Origin: an uncultured Clostridia bacterium
GTDB lineage: Bacteria > Bacillota > Clostridia > TANB77 > CAG-508
Length of the DNA: 64,000 nucleotides
Direction: 5' to 3'
NCBI GenBank assembly: GCA_947595555.1
Contig: CANQES010000001.1
Span: 208 to 64,207, forward strand
In this document: positions 19,844-29,575 of the stretch, piece after piece
Position numbering within the stretch: position 1 is the stretch's first letter
How the letters are laid out: each line of letters starts with the position of its first letter
Program-made: the position numbers and the translations under genes
The notes under the pieces: model-generated
Databases searched by the model: none
Told to the model about the DNA's origin: nothing
Seen by the model: only the letters and a program-made list of their open reading frames with translations

Positions 19844-22800
19844 CTTTTACTATTTTAGCAAAGCCATCTTCATCTAATGTAAATTTGCAATTTGTCAAAG
19901 CTTTTTCTATTGCATTTGCCATTTTGTTATAGTCAAAATCTAAATTAGATATTTCTGTTTGAGCATTACTTGATTTATTATCTTTGTTATTTATTTGCTT
20001 AAAATCATCTATTTTTTGTAAATCGCTAGACATTTCTTCTGTCATATTTTTTACAGATTTTATAAGTCTTGGTGAAGATTTATCTAAAGATTTTCCTAGT
20101 CCTTCAACCATATCTGGCATCCATTTTTCATACTCGCGTAATGGTCCTGTATCTGGTTTTGAAAAATGTAAAAATGAAGCTATTTTCCCAGCTAATCCAC
20201 TTAAAATATTAGTAAACCAATTGCTGTTTCCTCTCGATTGGATTCCTCTTCCTAGTCCATCAACCATGTCTCTTCCCCATGCATTACTATTATTTCTGGC
20301 AATGGCTTGCTTTGCCCTATTAGCTAAATTTCCTGCTTCATTTTGTATTTTTGTATCCATTTTTAAAGTATCGGATGAAGCTTTTATCTTTTCTTGCATT
20401 TTTTCAGGTAATTTTAGATTATCTTTGAATAATGATGTTGCTTGACTTCCTTTTTGTCCTAATGTTGTTGATAGTCCAGTATCTACAGCTATTATTCCTG
20501 TAGCTTCTTGGATTTTTTTTCTCGTCTCTGGAGGTAATTTAGAAATGCCTTCACTATATTTAGAATAACTTTGTTGTCCTGCATATTTCCATGCTTCTAT
20601 TTGTTTAGGAGTTAATTCTTTTACTGTTAATGTCTGTTCTGTTAAAGAATTTATAAGATTATTTAATTGCTGTTGATTTGTCGTTAATTGATTGTTTAAT
20701 ATTTGTGCTTGATATTGGTCATTATCAGCCTTTGCTTGTGCTAAACTTTCTTTTATAAATTTTACATATTCGCTTTGATTTACTATCTGTTCTTCTAAGC
20801 TTTCCTTTGTTTTTTCTTTTGCTGTTTCATATGATATTCCTATTTCAGTTACAGCCTTTTCTATTGCTTCAGCAGATCCTTCAACACTTGCTTTTTGCAA
20901 ACTCTCATAATCCTGTATAGTTTTGCCATATGAAGAAACTAATTCTGTTTGTTCTCCAATTTTTTGTGCAATACTACTGTATAAAATTTCTGCTTCCATT
21001 CTTTCCTTTGCATTTCCAGTAGCCATTGTATTAGTAGCCTCAACTAACTGTTTTTTTAAACCTATTAATGTTTCTGTTGCCTTAGCTTGTTCTTTTATTG
21101 CTGTTCCATATTCTTCTTGATAAGCATTTAATATTGCTTCTGCTTTTTTTACAGCTATAATTTTATCTATATTATCTTTTAATTCCTGGTATTGAGATAT
21201 AATATTTCCATTTAATTTGTACTCTGTACCTAAAGCATTATTTAATTGATTTAAGATTACTTTTGCTCTTGTTTCATATCCTTCTTTAACTTTCCCATTC
21301 TCATCTGTAATTTGTTTTAAATCTTCTGCTAGCTTTTCACTAATTTCAATTTCTGTCATACTACTAGATAATGATTCTTGTCTCGTTTTTGCTAATTCTT
21401 CCCAACTTTGTTTTTGATTATCCACTTCTTGTCTTAATCCATTTAATGATGCCTTTTGCTGTGTAGTAGCTACATGATGAGCTGTATATGCTGCAATTAA
21501 TGCACCTAAAGCTATTGTTGTAAGTCCTATTGGACTCGTTATTGCTGAAAATACATTTGCTAAACCATTTACTGCTGTAGATGTTGAAGTTACCGTTCCT
21601 CTTACAACTCCTATTGCTTGTGTAAATGCTCCTATACCCTCTATTGCTCCACCTACCGTTGATGTTACTTTTCCTAATATCATTAATAAAGGTCCAATTG
21701 CTGTAACTGCCAATCCTATATTCATTATAAATTCAACTTGTTCATCACTTAAATTGCTGAACCAATTTGCAAGTCCTTCTACTCCATCTATTAGTTTTGA
21801 AATATATGGCATTAACTTATTTCCTATTGTAACTCCTATATCTTTTAATTTATTTATTGCTATTGAAATTTTACTTTGTAAAGTTTCATATCTTTTATTA
21901 GCCTCATTTGTTAATGCTGTATTATCTTCCCATGCTTCATTTCCAAGTTTTATTGCTTTTGACATTACATCGCTTGCGTTAGCAGAACGTAATAATGCAT
22001 CTCTAAGTCTTGTTTCTGTTATCCCCATGTCATCTAAAATTTTAATTGCACTTTTTCCTTGTTTCCCACTTTTAGATAAACCTTCAACAAATTTCATAAT
22101 TGCATTTGTAGCATCTTGTTTAAAAGCTTTTTTAAAAACTTTTGAACTCATTCCTGCTACAGAAGCAAAATCTTTTAAACTATCTCCACCTTTTTCAACT
22201 GCTAATTGCATATTTATCATTACTTTTGAAAATGCTGTTCCTCCTGCTTGGGCTTCTAAACCTACTGAACTAAGTGCTGTTGCTAATGCCATTATTTGAG
22301 ATTGGCTCATTCCAACTTGTGTTCCTGCAGAAGCTAAATTCATTCCCATATTAGTTATTTCTGCCTCTGTTGTTGCGAAATTATTTCCCAAAGCAACAAT
22401 AACAGAACCTAATCTGTTAAAGTCTGATTGGCTCATCTTCGTTACGTTTGCAAATCTTGCTAATGTAGTAGCCGCTTCATCCGCTGACAAATTAGTTGCA
22501 TTGCCCATATTAATCATTGTTTTTGTAAATTCTAAAATATTATCTGTTTGTATTCCTAATTGTCCTGCAGCTTCTGCTACCGCACTTATTTCTGTTGTAC
22601 TAGCTGGAATTTCTTTTGACATATCCCTTATGCCTTGTTTTAATGCATTCATTTGTTCTTCGGTACCATCTACTGTCTTTTCTACACCAGTAAATGCTGA
22701 TTCAAAATCTATTGCTCCTTTAGCAGCAGTTAATAATGCTGTTCCTGTTGCAATGGAAAAAGCAGACAATTTTTTGCCTGCTCCTTCTATTTTATTTCCG

Positions 22801-23216
22801 CTATCTTTTACTTTACTTCCAAACTCTTCGATTTTTTTACCTGTATTGCCCAGTTGCATTTCTATATCTTTAATTTTTTGATTATAACTTTCCAGTTTTA
22901 CTTCTGCAGCTGTTAATTCATTTCTTTTCTTTTTGATAGCAGTTGTATTTTTGTTCTCTGCATTTTCTAAATCACTTAACTGCATTCTTAGTGTATTTAC
23001 TTTATCTTGCTGAATTTCATAAGCATTTTTCAAATATTCTTGTTCAGCTCTAAGCTTTTGCGTACTAGTAGTAGACTTGTCCCATTGTGCTTGAGTTAAT
23101 TTGAATTGATTGTAATTTTTAGTCATTTCTAAATTAATTTCTTGTAATGTTTTCTTAAAATCTACTGCTCCTTCTTGAGTAAACACTAATCCAACTCTTT
23201 TCAGTTCATCAGCCAA
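19821..23216 (-). CDS. Phage tail tape measure protein
   Basis: 1131 aa, coiled-coil rich, Gly/Ala-rich TM-like middle, TP901-like segment MGITETRLRDALLRSANASDVM. Confidence 0.85.
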   Translation of the reverse strand: MADELKRVGLVFTQEGAVDFKKTLQEINLEMTKNYNQFKLTQAQWDKSTTSTQKLRAEQEYLKNAYEIQQDKVNTLRMQLSDLENAENKNTTAIKKKRNELTAAEVKLESYNQKIKDIEMQLGNTGKKIEEFGSKVKDSGNKIEGAGKKLSAFSIATGTALLTAAKGAIDFESAFTGVEKTVDGTEEQMNALKQGIRDMSKEIPASTTEISAVAEAAGQLGIQTDNILEFTKTMINMGNATNLSADEAATTLARFANVTKMSQSDFNRLGSVIVALGNNFATTEAEITNMGMNLASAGTQVGMSQSQIMALATALSSVGLEAQAGGTAFSKVMINMQLAVEKGGDSLKDFASVAGMSSKVFKKAFKQDATNAIMKFVEGLSKSGKQGKSAIKILDDMGITETRLRDALLRSANASDVMSKAIKLGNEAWEDNTALTNEANKRYETLQSKISIAINKLKDIGVTIGNKLMPYISKLIDGVEGLANWFSNLSDEQVEFIMNIGLAVTAIGPLLMILGKVTSTVGGAIEGIGAFTQAIGVVRGTVTSTSTAVNGLANVFSAITSPIGLTTIALGALIAAYTAHHVATTQQKASLNGLRQEVDNQKQSWEELAKTRQESLSSSMTEIEISEKLAEDLKQITDENGKVKEGYETRAKVILNQLNNALGTEYKLNGNIISQYQELKDNIDKIIAVKKAEAILNAYQEEYGTAIKEQAKATETLIGLKKQLVEATNTMATGNAKERMEAEILYSSIAQKIGEQTELVSSYGKTIQDYESLQKASVEGSAEAIEKAVTEIGISYETAKEKTKESLEEQIVNQSEYVKFIKESLAQAKADNDQYQAQILNNQLTTNQQQLNNLINSLTEQTLTVKELTPKQIEAWKYAGQQSYSKYSEGISKLPPETRKKIQEATGIIAVDTGLSTTLGQKGSQATSLFKDNLKLPEKMQEKIKASSDTLKMDTKIQNEAGNLANRAKQAIARNNSNAWGRDMVDGLGRGIQSRGNSNWFTNILSGLAGKIASFLHFSKPDTGPLREYEKWMPDMVEGLGKSLDKSSPRLIKSVKNMTEEMSSDLQKIDDFKQINNKDNKSSNAQTEISNLDFDYNKMANAIEKALTNCKFTLDEDGFAKIVKDELYKVV

Positions 23217-23269
23217 TGTTCTCTCACCTCTTTTTTAACATAACAGCTCTTATTTTATTTTTTTATAAT

Positions 23270-23626
23270 CTACAATCTATGTTTAAATTCTCTTTTTTGT
23301 TTATTTATTATTTCTTCTTTTCGCAAAGAAGGTGTATTTTTAATAACAAAATCAGCTATTTTATTAATATCCTCTAATTTTACAAGTCTCACCGCTTCTC
23401 TATATGTTATTAATTCTGGATAATTTGATGCTATAATTGAATATAATAAATGATTTGTCGCACGCATAGATTTTGTATAGCCATTTTTATCTTTTTGCCC
23501 TTGCGAATCTTTTCTTAATTGTTCTATTCCACCTTCATAATCTTCTAAATATTCTAATAAAAGTGATGATACTTCTAAAGTTAGTTTTTCTCCTGTTTTT
23601 AATTCTATTTCCATTTTTTCCTCCAT
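23270..23626 (-). CDS. Putative tail assembly chaperone
   Basis: Small ORF between the major tail and tape measure genes. Confidence 0.35.
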   Translation of the reverse strand: MEEKMEIELKTGEKLTLEVSSLLLEYLEDYEGGIEQLRKDSQGQKDKNGYTKSMRATNHLLYSIIASNYPELITYREAVRLVKLEDINKIADFVIKNTPSLRKEEIINKQKREFKHRL

Positions 23627-23649
23627 AAAAACTATTGAATAAAATTTAA

Positions 23650-23686
23650 AAAAGGCTCTAAATTGATTTTAGAGCCTCATTTTTTA
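23650..23686. terminator. Hairpin terminator/attenuator downstream of the major tail protein gene
   Basis: Perfect inverted repeat AGGCTCTAAA / TTTAGAGCCT with a T-run. Confidence 0.5.
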
Positions 23687-24319
23687 AGCACCAAGTGCAG
23701 CTGCACCTGCTAAATCTTCTTTTGTCAAAATTGGTTTTGCAAAAAATTTCTCTTCTGTTAATCCTTCTGGGAAATTACTAGTTTCACTATCTACATAAGC
23801 TTTCTTATGTCCTTTTTCTTCAAAAGCATATGCCCTTATTGTAACTGTATCATTCTGCTCTGAAAATGTATCTTCAGAAGTTGCTATATCATCTGTATTT
23901 TCTACCAATTGGCATTTAGGATACCAAGCATATTGAACTCCTCCACCAATTTTTCTCACAACTTTTCCAAATGCAAAAAATGGTCTTCTTGAAGGAGCAC
24001 CAGACAACATTAATCCTCCTGTATCTGAAGTGTCATCTCCTCTCATCTTTGCTAAATCTTCTGGATCAAAAGCTACTGTTTCTACTGCCATATCAATACT
24101 AGAAACTTGATTTACTGCTTCATAATCTTCTCCACTAGCTCTTACTGCTGTTGCTTCTGAATTTTCAGTTGTTCCTATATTTTTAACAGTATTACATTTA
24201 ATAACATCTTCTTCGTAGTTTTCAGCATCATATTCTGCTTTTTCTTCTTTTGTATTAAAACAATAATACATTCCTCCAACAGTTTCTTTTATCATAGGTC
24301 TTTTAGTTTTTATTGCCAT
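23684..24319 (-). CDS. Phage major tail protein
   Basis: Position and size (211 aa); followed by the terminator, chaperone and tape measure genes. Confidence 0.55.
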   Translation of the reverse strand: MAIKTKRPMIKETVGGMYYCFNTKEEKAEYDAENYEEDVIKCNTVKNIGTTENSEATAVRASGEDYEAVNQVSSIDMAVETVAFDPEDLAKMRGDDTSDTGGLMLSGAPSRRPFFAFGKVVRKIGGGVQYAWYPKCQLVENTDDIATSEDTFSEQNDTVTIRAYAFEEKGHKKAYVDSETSNFPEGLTEEKFFAKPILTKEDLAGAAALGA

Positions 24320-24360
24320 TTTTCATTCCTTCTTTCTTTTCTTATTTAAAAAGCTTACTA

Positions 24361-24732
24361 TTACCAAGTTTTTAAACCTAGTCTAGTAAGCATTGTTTTA
24401 TAATATTTTTCTTTATTTATATCCCATAAAGGATATACATGTGGATTTGCATCCATATTTTTAGTCCCATGTTCTACCATAGGTCCATAATATTTTCCCC
24501 ATCCTACTTCAATTTCATCTTTCTTTTTTCTATAAGAAAAACTTCTTACTAAATGAGTGTAGCCTGCTTTTCGAATTTTTGACATTGGTTTAGGGAGTTT
24601 TAATAAATCATTTACAAATTCTTTTGCTCCTAATTCTAAAACATCTATAAAATTTTCAGCATTATCAGCATATTTTTCTATAATATCTGCTAAATCTTTA
24701 AATCCTTCATATCCATATGTTTCACTAGACAT
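24361..24732 (-). CDS. Phage head-tail joining / tail completion protein (putative)
   Basis: Sits in the head-tail connector cluster. Confidence 0.35.
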   Translation of the reverse strand: MSSETYGYEGFKDLADIIEKYADNAENFIDVLELGAKEFVNDLLKLPKPMSKIRKAGYTHLVRSFSYRKKKDEIEVGWGKYYGPMVEHGTKNMDANPHVYPLWDINKEKYYKTMLTRLGLKTW

Positions 24733-25054
24733 TCTCTAACACCTCTATTGCAAAAAATGAGTGCCATCTTCTACTTTCAATGTCTTTTTCATGCTCAATG
24801 ATAGGATGTAAGTCTAATTTATCTAATCTATGCTTTAGTTCTATTATCTCTTTACAACGTGGAAATTCTGATATAACAGATACTTGATATGTAACTTCAG
24901 TATTATATTCTGAACCACTCGCAACTAATGGTTTCCATCTAAATTCCCAAAAACAGATTCTAGTAGGAGCTTCTATAACTTGATCTTCTGGAGTACATTC
25001 ATTTAATGGTACATTAGGAAAAGTTAATATTTTTTCTAATTCTGATTTTGTCAT
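24725..25054 (-). CDS. Phage head-tail joining protein (putative)
   Basis: Sits in the connector cluster with overlapping start and stop. Confidence 0.35.
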   Translation of the reverse strand: MTKSELEKILTFPNVPLNECTPEDQVIEAPTRICFWEFRWKPLVASGSEYNTEVTYQVSVISEFPRCKEIIELKHRLDKLDLHPIIEHEKDIESRRWHSFFAIEVLENV

Positions 25055-25416
25055 ATTTCCCCCTCCAATCTAACACGTGGATATTCCTCTAATGTCAAAT
25101 CCGTTTGCTTAAATCCATCCTCATTTGTAAAATGATAAGCATTAAATACTTTATGATATTCTTTACCAATTTTAACAACACACAATGAATTTATTTCTTT
25201 TGTTTGTGGTATTCTTAATTTATAGGTTATTTTTTTATCTCGTTTTTCTGCATCAAATCTTAGTCTATCTGAAATTGATAATTCTTCAAACCAAATGTCA
25301 TAACCAGTATCATGTAAATATTCAACTGGGCATGTACCTTTTTGTTTGATTTCAAAAAGCCTAAATTCCCCATCATTGTACGTCGGTAGGTTTGTAATAT
25401 TCTGCTTGTAATTCAC
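25051..25416 (-). CDS. Phage head-tail adaptor (putative)
   Basis: Sits in the connector cluster. Confidence 0.35.
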   Translation of the reverse strand: MNYKQNITNLPTYNDGEFRLFEIKQKGTCPVEYLHDTGYDIWFEELSISDRLRFDAEKRDKKITYKLRIPQTKEINSLCVVKIGKEYHKVFNAYHFTNEDGFKQTDLTLEEYPRVRLEGEI

Positions 25417-25684
25417 TATATGCTCCTATGTATAATTGTTTAAATTCTGCAAGTTTTTTTCCTCTAGCATACAATACATAATTTTTTAAAAGACTTCTTG
25501 CTTTTAAATCAATTTCATAATTTATATCTTCTCCACAAGTTTTATTGATATCATATTGGCCTTCTTTTATATAACCTATTAATGTTTCATCTTTTTCAAA
25601 TGGGGTTATGTGTTGTTCTCTTCTAATTTCTTCTACTAATTTTTGTGTTTCTAACATAAAAACACCTCTATTCTTCAAGTTCAT
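25373..25684 (-). CDS. Phage head-tail connector (gp6-like, putative)
   Basis: Sits in the connector cluster. Confidence 0.35.
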   Translation of the reverse strand: MNLKNRGVFMLETQKLVEEIRREQHITPFEKDETLIGYIKEGQYDINKTCGEDINYEIDLKARSLLKNYVLYARGKKLAEFKQLYIGAYSELQAEYYKPTDVQ

Positions 25685-25925
25685 TTTCTTGACGATTTTC
25701 TGATATTTCTTCTTTTAGTTCTGTTTTTTCTTTCAACTTTCTAATTAAAGGCTTTCCAATTTTATTCTTGTTCGTAAGTAATTCTTCAATTCTTTTTTTA
25801 TTTGTTTTTAGACCTTCACGAGGATAAATATTTTTTCCTTCTACATCTTTCAAATAAATGTGTTCTTCATCTTTTAAGTCTCTAAAACTCTCAATTACTT
25901 CGTACTTCTCTTCTTTTCCTTCCAT
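25668..25925 (-). CDS. Phage hypothetical protein (K/E-rich)
   Basis: 85-aa ORF downstream of the capsid gene. Confidence 0.3.
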   Translation of the reverse strand: MEGKEEKYEVIESFRDLKDEEHIYLKDVEGKNIYPREGLKTNKKRIEELLTNKNKIGKPLIRKLKEKTELKEEISENRQENELEE

Positions 25926-25968
25926 TTTATTTTTCTCCTTTCTTATAAACTAAATGAGCTGCTTATTG

Positions 25969-26376
25969 CTAAGCTCCTGGTAATTGTTTTAAGGTTAATC
26001 CTTCTAATATTAATGTTCTAGTTTCTTTTCCTTCACTCGTAATTTCAAGTGTATTATCTTTGTCGTGAACTTGGAAAACTATTAAACCATCTTTTTCATC
26101 TACTGCTACTGGTTTTTGAAGTTTTGCACCAGTCCCCTTTAATTCTACTTTTACTGTTCCTTCTTTAGCTCCTTTTGCTTCTTCAAAGTATAAAGGTATA
26201 AAGTTTCCTGTATTTTCTGAACTATCCTTTGAAAATTCAATCCAGTTTTCAATATAATTTAACGTGCCTTTGACATTATCTCCTTCAATACTTAAATTTT
26301 CACATAAATCTTGAACTGTTTTTTCGCCTAAATTTAATGAAGTTTCTCCACTTGGTATTGCCACTTTTATTTTCAA
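25969..26376 (-). CDS. Phage hypothetical protein, possible head decoration or Ig-like protein
   Basis: Located immediately after the major capsid gene. Confidence 0.3.
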   Translation of the reverse strand: MKIKVAIPSGETSLNLGEKTVQDLCENLSIEGDNVKGTLNYIENWIEFSKDSSENTGNFIPLYFEEAKGAKEGTVKVELKGTGAKLQKPVAVDEKDGLIVFQVHDKDNTLEITSEGKETRTLILEGLTLKQLPGA

Positions 26377-26386
26377 AGTGGCTGGA

Positions 26387-27526
26387 CTAGGGTGTAACTG
26401 TTTCTGTTTTTACAATTGGTTTTAATGCTTCTAATTTTGTTATATCTAATACAACTGCATCATCATTAGATTTTAATCTTCCATTTCCATATGTTAAAAC
26501 AGCATATGTCCTTAATTGCTCTAAAAATTTATAGTGGTCACTAAAATCAATACCCATTCTAGAAATACCACAAGTATATTTCTTTGGAATATAGGCAATA
26601 GCTTTATTTTCTGGAACAGATGGACTTGCAACATATACAAAGTTTTTATAGTTATCTGCTTTAATATATCCGTTAAAACTTAATACATGTGTAGCTTTAT
26701 AAATTTTTGTATCTAATTCATTTTGATTTGCAATAATAACTATTGTATCTACATTTCTTTTTCCTTGTCTATTCAATGTTGGTAGAACCTTAGCACCAAA
26801 ACTATCTGGCCCTAAATCTGTAATTTCTATAGCTTTCTTATCTGGATATACACCCTCTTGTACAGAACCTTTTAAATCTTTTAATAGTCCAATTGGAGCA
26901 TCTTTTCCATTTCCTGCTATAATTCCTTCTTCGATTCCTTCTTCATTTACTTCCAATAAAACTGTTCTAACAAATTTATCTATCCATTTATATCCCATAT
27001 TAATTATGGCTTTTGGAACAAACATAAATGCAGAAAGTGATTTTACATCTAAATCTAATGATTCTACTCCTGCTTCTATTTTATCAATAATTGCTCGTGT
27101 TAATTTTCCCCAAGTAGCTTTACCACTTCTTTCAGATAAAAACCATTTTTGTACTCCTGCTGGGGCCCAATCTATATATTGAAATAATGGATGTGCTACT
27201 TTTAAATCTTCAAAAATATAACTAATTGTTGTTTCAGGTAAATAATCAATTTCTTTGCCTGTTAAACTTGTTGTATCTTCTTGTTTAATTGCTCTATCAA
27301 TCCATTGTTTTTCAGCTTCTGTTAAAGAACGTAAGCCAAATTTTTTGTCACTTTCTTTTGATGCAGAATATTCCTCAAATTCTTTTTGATATTGAGAAAT
27401 TACATTTGCATATTCTTGATCTACAATACTTTGTATTGTCTCAATAATTTTTTCTGATTTTTGCTCTGCTGGAGCATCATTTAGTTCCTTTACTAAATCT
27501 TCAATTGTTTTCTTTTCAATTTTCAT
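26387..27526 (-). CDS. Phage major capsid protein (HK97-like)
   Basis: 379 aa, immediately downstream of the prohead protease. Confidence 0.6.
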   Translation of the reverse strand: MKIEKKTIEDLVKELNDAPAEQKSEKIIETIQSIVDQEYANVISQYQKEFEEYSASKESDKKFGLRSLTEAEKQWIDRAIKQEDTTSLTGKEIDYLPETTISYIFEDLKVAHPLFQYIDWAPAGVQKWFLSERSGKATWGKLTRAIIDKIEAGVESLDLDVKSLSAFMFVPKAIINMGYKWIDKFVRTVLLEVNEEGIEEGIIAGNGKDAPIGLLKDLKGSVQEGVYPDKKAIEITDLGPDSFGAKVLPTLNRQGKRNVDTIVIIANQNELDTKIYKATHVLSFNGYIKADNYKNFVYVASPSVPENKAIAYIPKKYTCGISRMGIDFSDHYKFLEQLRTYAVLTYGNGRLKSNDDAVVLDITKLEALKPIVKTETVTP

Positions 27527-27545
27527 GGTTAAATCCCTTCCTTTT

Positions 27546-28403
27546 TTATATTTTTTTTGTATTAAAAAAAGACGTCCATGCGTCTTTTTTACTCTTGTTA
27601 TTAGAATTATTTAATAATCCTATTGGTTTTTCTTTTGGTTTTCCTTCCATAGCTTCTTTTACCAGTTCATCTGCAGCTTGTTTTATTCCTTTTTTTACAC
27701 AACATACAATTTGTTTAATATCATATTGTTCTGTTTGTACTTCTTCTAATTGTTTTTGTAATTCTTTATTTTTCATTACTAAGTCATAAACAAAATCTGC
27801 TTCTAAAGCTTGCATATAATTTTCTTCTCTTTCTTTTGATGTAGAAAATCCCCATTCAAGAGCCTCTTGTGATGTTATCCATTCTTCTCTATCCATTTTT
27901 TCTTTGATTTCTTTTTCGGATAAATTTGTTTTTTTAGTATAAATATCTAGAGATGGCTGAGTTATTTTTTCTAAATCTTCTGCAACCTTTTTCATTTTAT
28001 TGGAATCTCCTTTGGCTTCTGTCCAAGCATTGTGAATCATAAGTAGTCCATTTTCTGGAACTATTCTTTCTTGTCCTGCCATAAAAATAACAGATGCAGC
28101 ACTACAAGCAAATCCATCTACAATTGTCTTTAATTTTCCTTTAAAGGTACTTAATAATCCGTAAATAGCTAGACCTTCCGCTACATCTCCTCCATAAGAA
28201 TTTATTCTTACTGTTAGATTTGGAGTGTCCACATAAGTTAAAGCATCTTTCAATGTAAAGGCATCTGTCCTTTCTGGATCCTCAACATTAAACCATCTTT
28301 CAATTATGTCTTTTTTTCTTATATCTCCATAGATGTATAGTTCTGTCTCTTGGTCATTTACTTTTTTAAAGTTAAGATAATTGTTTTCCATCTTTATTTG
28401 CAC
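27546..28403 (-). CDS. Phage prohead protease (ClpP/S14 family) with a C-terminal coiled-coil, scaffold-like extension
   Basis: INSYGGDVAEGLAIYGLL...GFACSAASVIFMAGQERI ClpP-like motifs. Confidence 0.8.
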   Translation of the reverse strand: MQIKMENNYLNFKKVNDQETELYIYGDIRKKDIIERWFNVEDPERTDAFTLKDALTYVDTPNLTVRINSYGGDVAEGLAIYGLLSTFKGKLKTIVDGFACSAASVIFMAGQERIVPENGLLMIHNAWTEAKGDSNKMKKVAEDLEKITQPSLDIYTKKTNLSEKEIKEKMDREEWITSQEALEWGFSTSKEREENYMQALEADFVYDLVMKNKELQKQLEEVQTEQYDIKQIVCCVKKGIKQAADELVKEAMEGKPKEKPIGLLNNSNNKSKKDAWTSFFNTKKI

Positions 28404-29572
28404 CTCCCTTCACATTAGCATAGTTTTTGGTTAAATTATGTTCGTCTGCCCAAGGTTCATCTATCCTTGGCAATCCTAATAACTTATTTATTTCATTTCT
28501 GCTAAATCCATCTGCTGTTAACTTATCTATTCCATTTGCAGATTCTATTATATCTTTATGACATATATTAAATTTATTAAATGCTACATACTCGCCTTTT
28601 AAATAATCTTCTTTTCCAACTATTCCAATATTAAATCCATCTTCTAACAAAGTAAAATAATGATCTACTGCCAATGTTATAAAATCATTTGTACCGGTAG
28701 ATTTTTCTGTTTTGCTACCATAAAAAATATCTAGAGGAATATTCCAGTTTTGTGCAACTGTATTGCCTATCCTTAATACTGTTTTTTCAAAATCATCTAA
28801 ATTTTTATTGTTAGCTTTTTCATTTAAGTTTATCAAATCAAATGCTTCTGACAATAATACTATTGCTTCTTCTTCACTCATTAATCCTTCTGTTATTTTT
28901 TCTTTATACTTATCATAAGTAATAGGTTGTTTAGTTTCTATATCCATAATAGTAGGTTGTCCACCAGGAAATTTTAATCTCCATTTTGGTATATTATTTT
29001 TAATAAAGCTTTTTGATGTCACATTTAAAATTTTTGACATATTATTTTTAAATTTTTCAGATGCTGTTTGAAGTCCTGTATTTTTTATTGAATAATATAT
29101 TGAATCATCTATAGTATATTTTTTTTGCATAGGAATAGTGTTTCCATCATCATCAGTTATAGTTACGTTTGAAAAAACTTTTCCATAAAGTATAGAATTA
29201 CTCATAATAAAATCGTCAGCTACATACATTAGATTATTACCGTTTTAAACCTTTATTAATTAATACTAATGCTGATTTTTCAATAAGTAATTTAGTTACT
29301 AATTTATATAAAAATCTTGTCCCATTTTCATTATAATTTGGTTGTAAGTTTAAGGTCCAATATATTTCATTTCTTTTCTCTTCAATTTTTTTTGTATCTT
29401 TATTTTGTCCAAAAATCTGTATCTCACATTTTGAAATTGTTTTTGCTATTAAGTCTATTGCATGAGCTTCTGCTAATGTATATATGTAATCAGCATTATT
29501 GTTTTCACCAAATAAAATATTAAATATATACTGTCCGTTTTTCATTTTTCTTATCAAAAAACACTTGTCCAC
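28372..29572 (-). CDS. Phage portal protein (HK97-family-like), split into two ORFs (29572..29237 and 29229..28372) by an apparent frameshift near 29230-29247
   Basis: The combined 111 + 285 aa matches the portal size. The C-terminal TADGFSRNEINKLLGLP is portal-like. Its position between terL and the protease fits. Confidence 0.5.
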
Positions 29573-29575
29573 CTC

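Noticed and set aside
442-22881. Numerous 60-180 aa ORFs on the strand opposite large genes (for example 442..732, 1090..1323, 4216..4491, 5430..5675, 14074..14283, 14186..14677, 14896..15126, 15391..15850, 18051..18485, 18912..19547, 19984..20445, 20923..21120, 21754..22299, 22501..22881)
   Set aside because: They lie entirely inside well-supported genes (pflB, ppaC, spoVB-like, endolysin, holin, tail fibre, tape measure). They have low-complexity Leu/Phe/Ser/Ile-rich compositions, as expected from antisense reading of AT-rich coding DNA. None has an RBS or start context.
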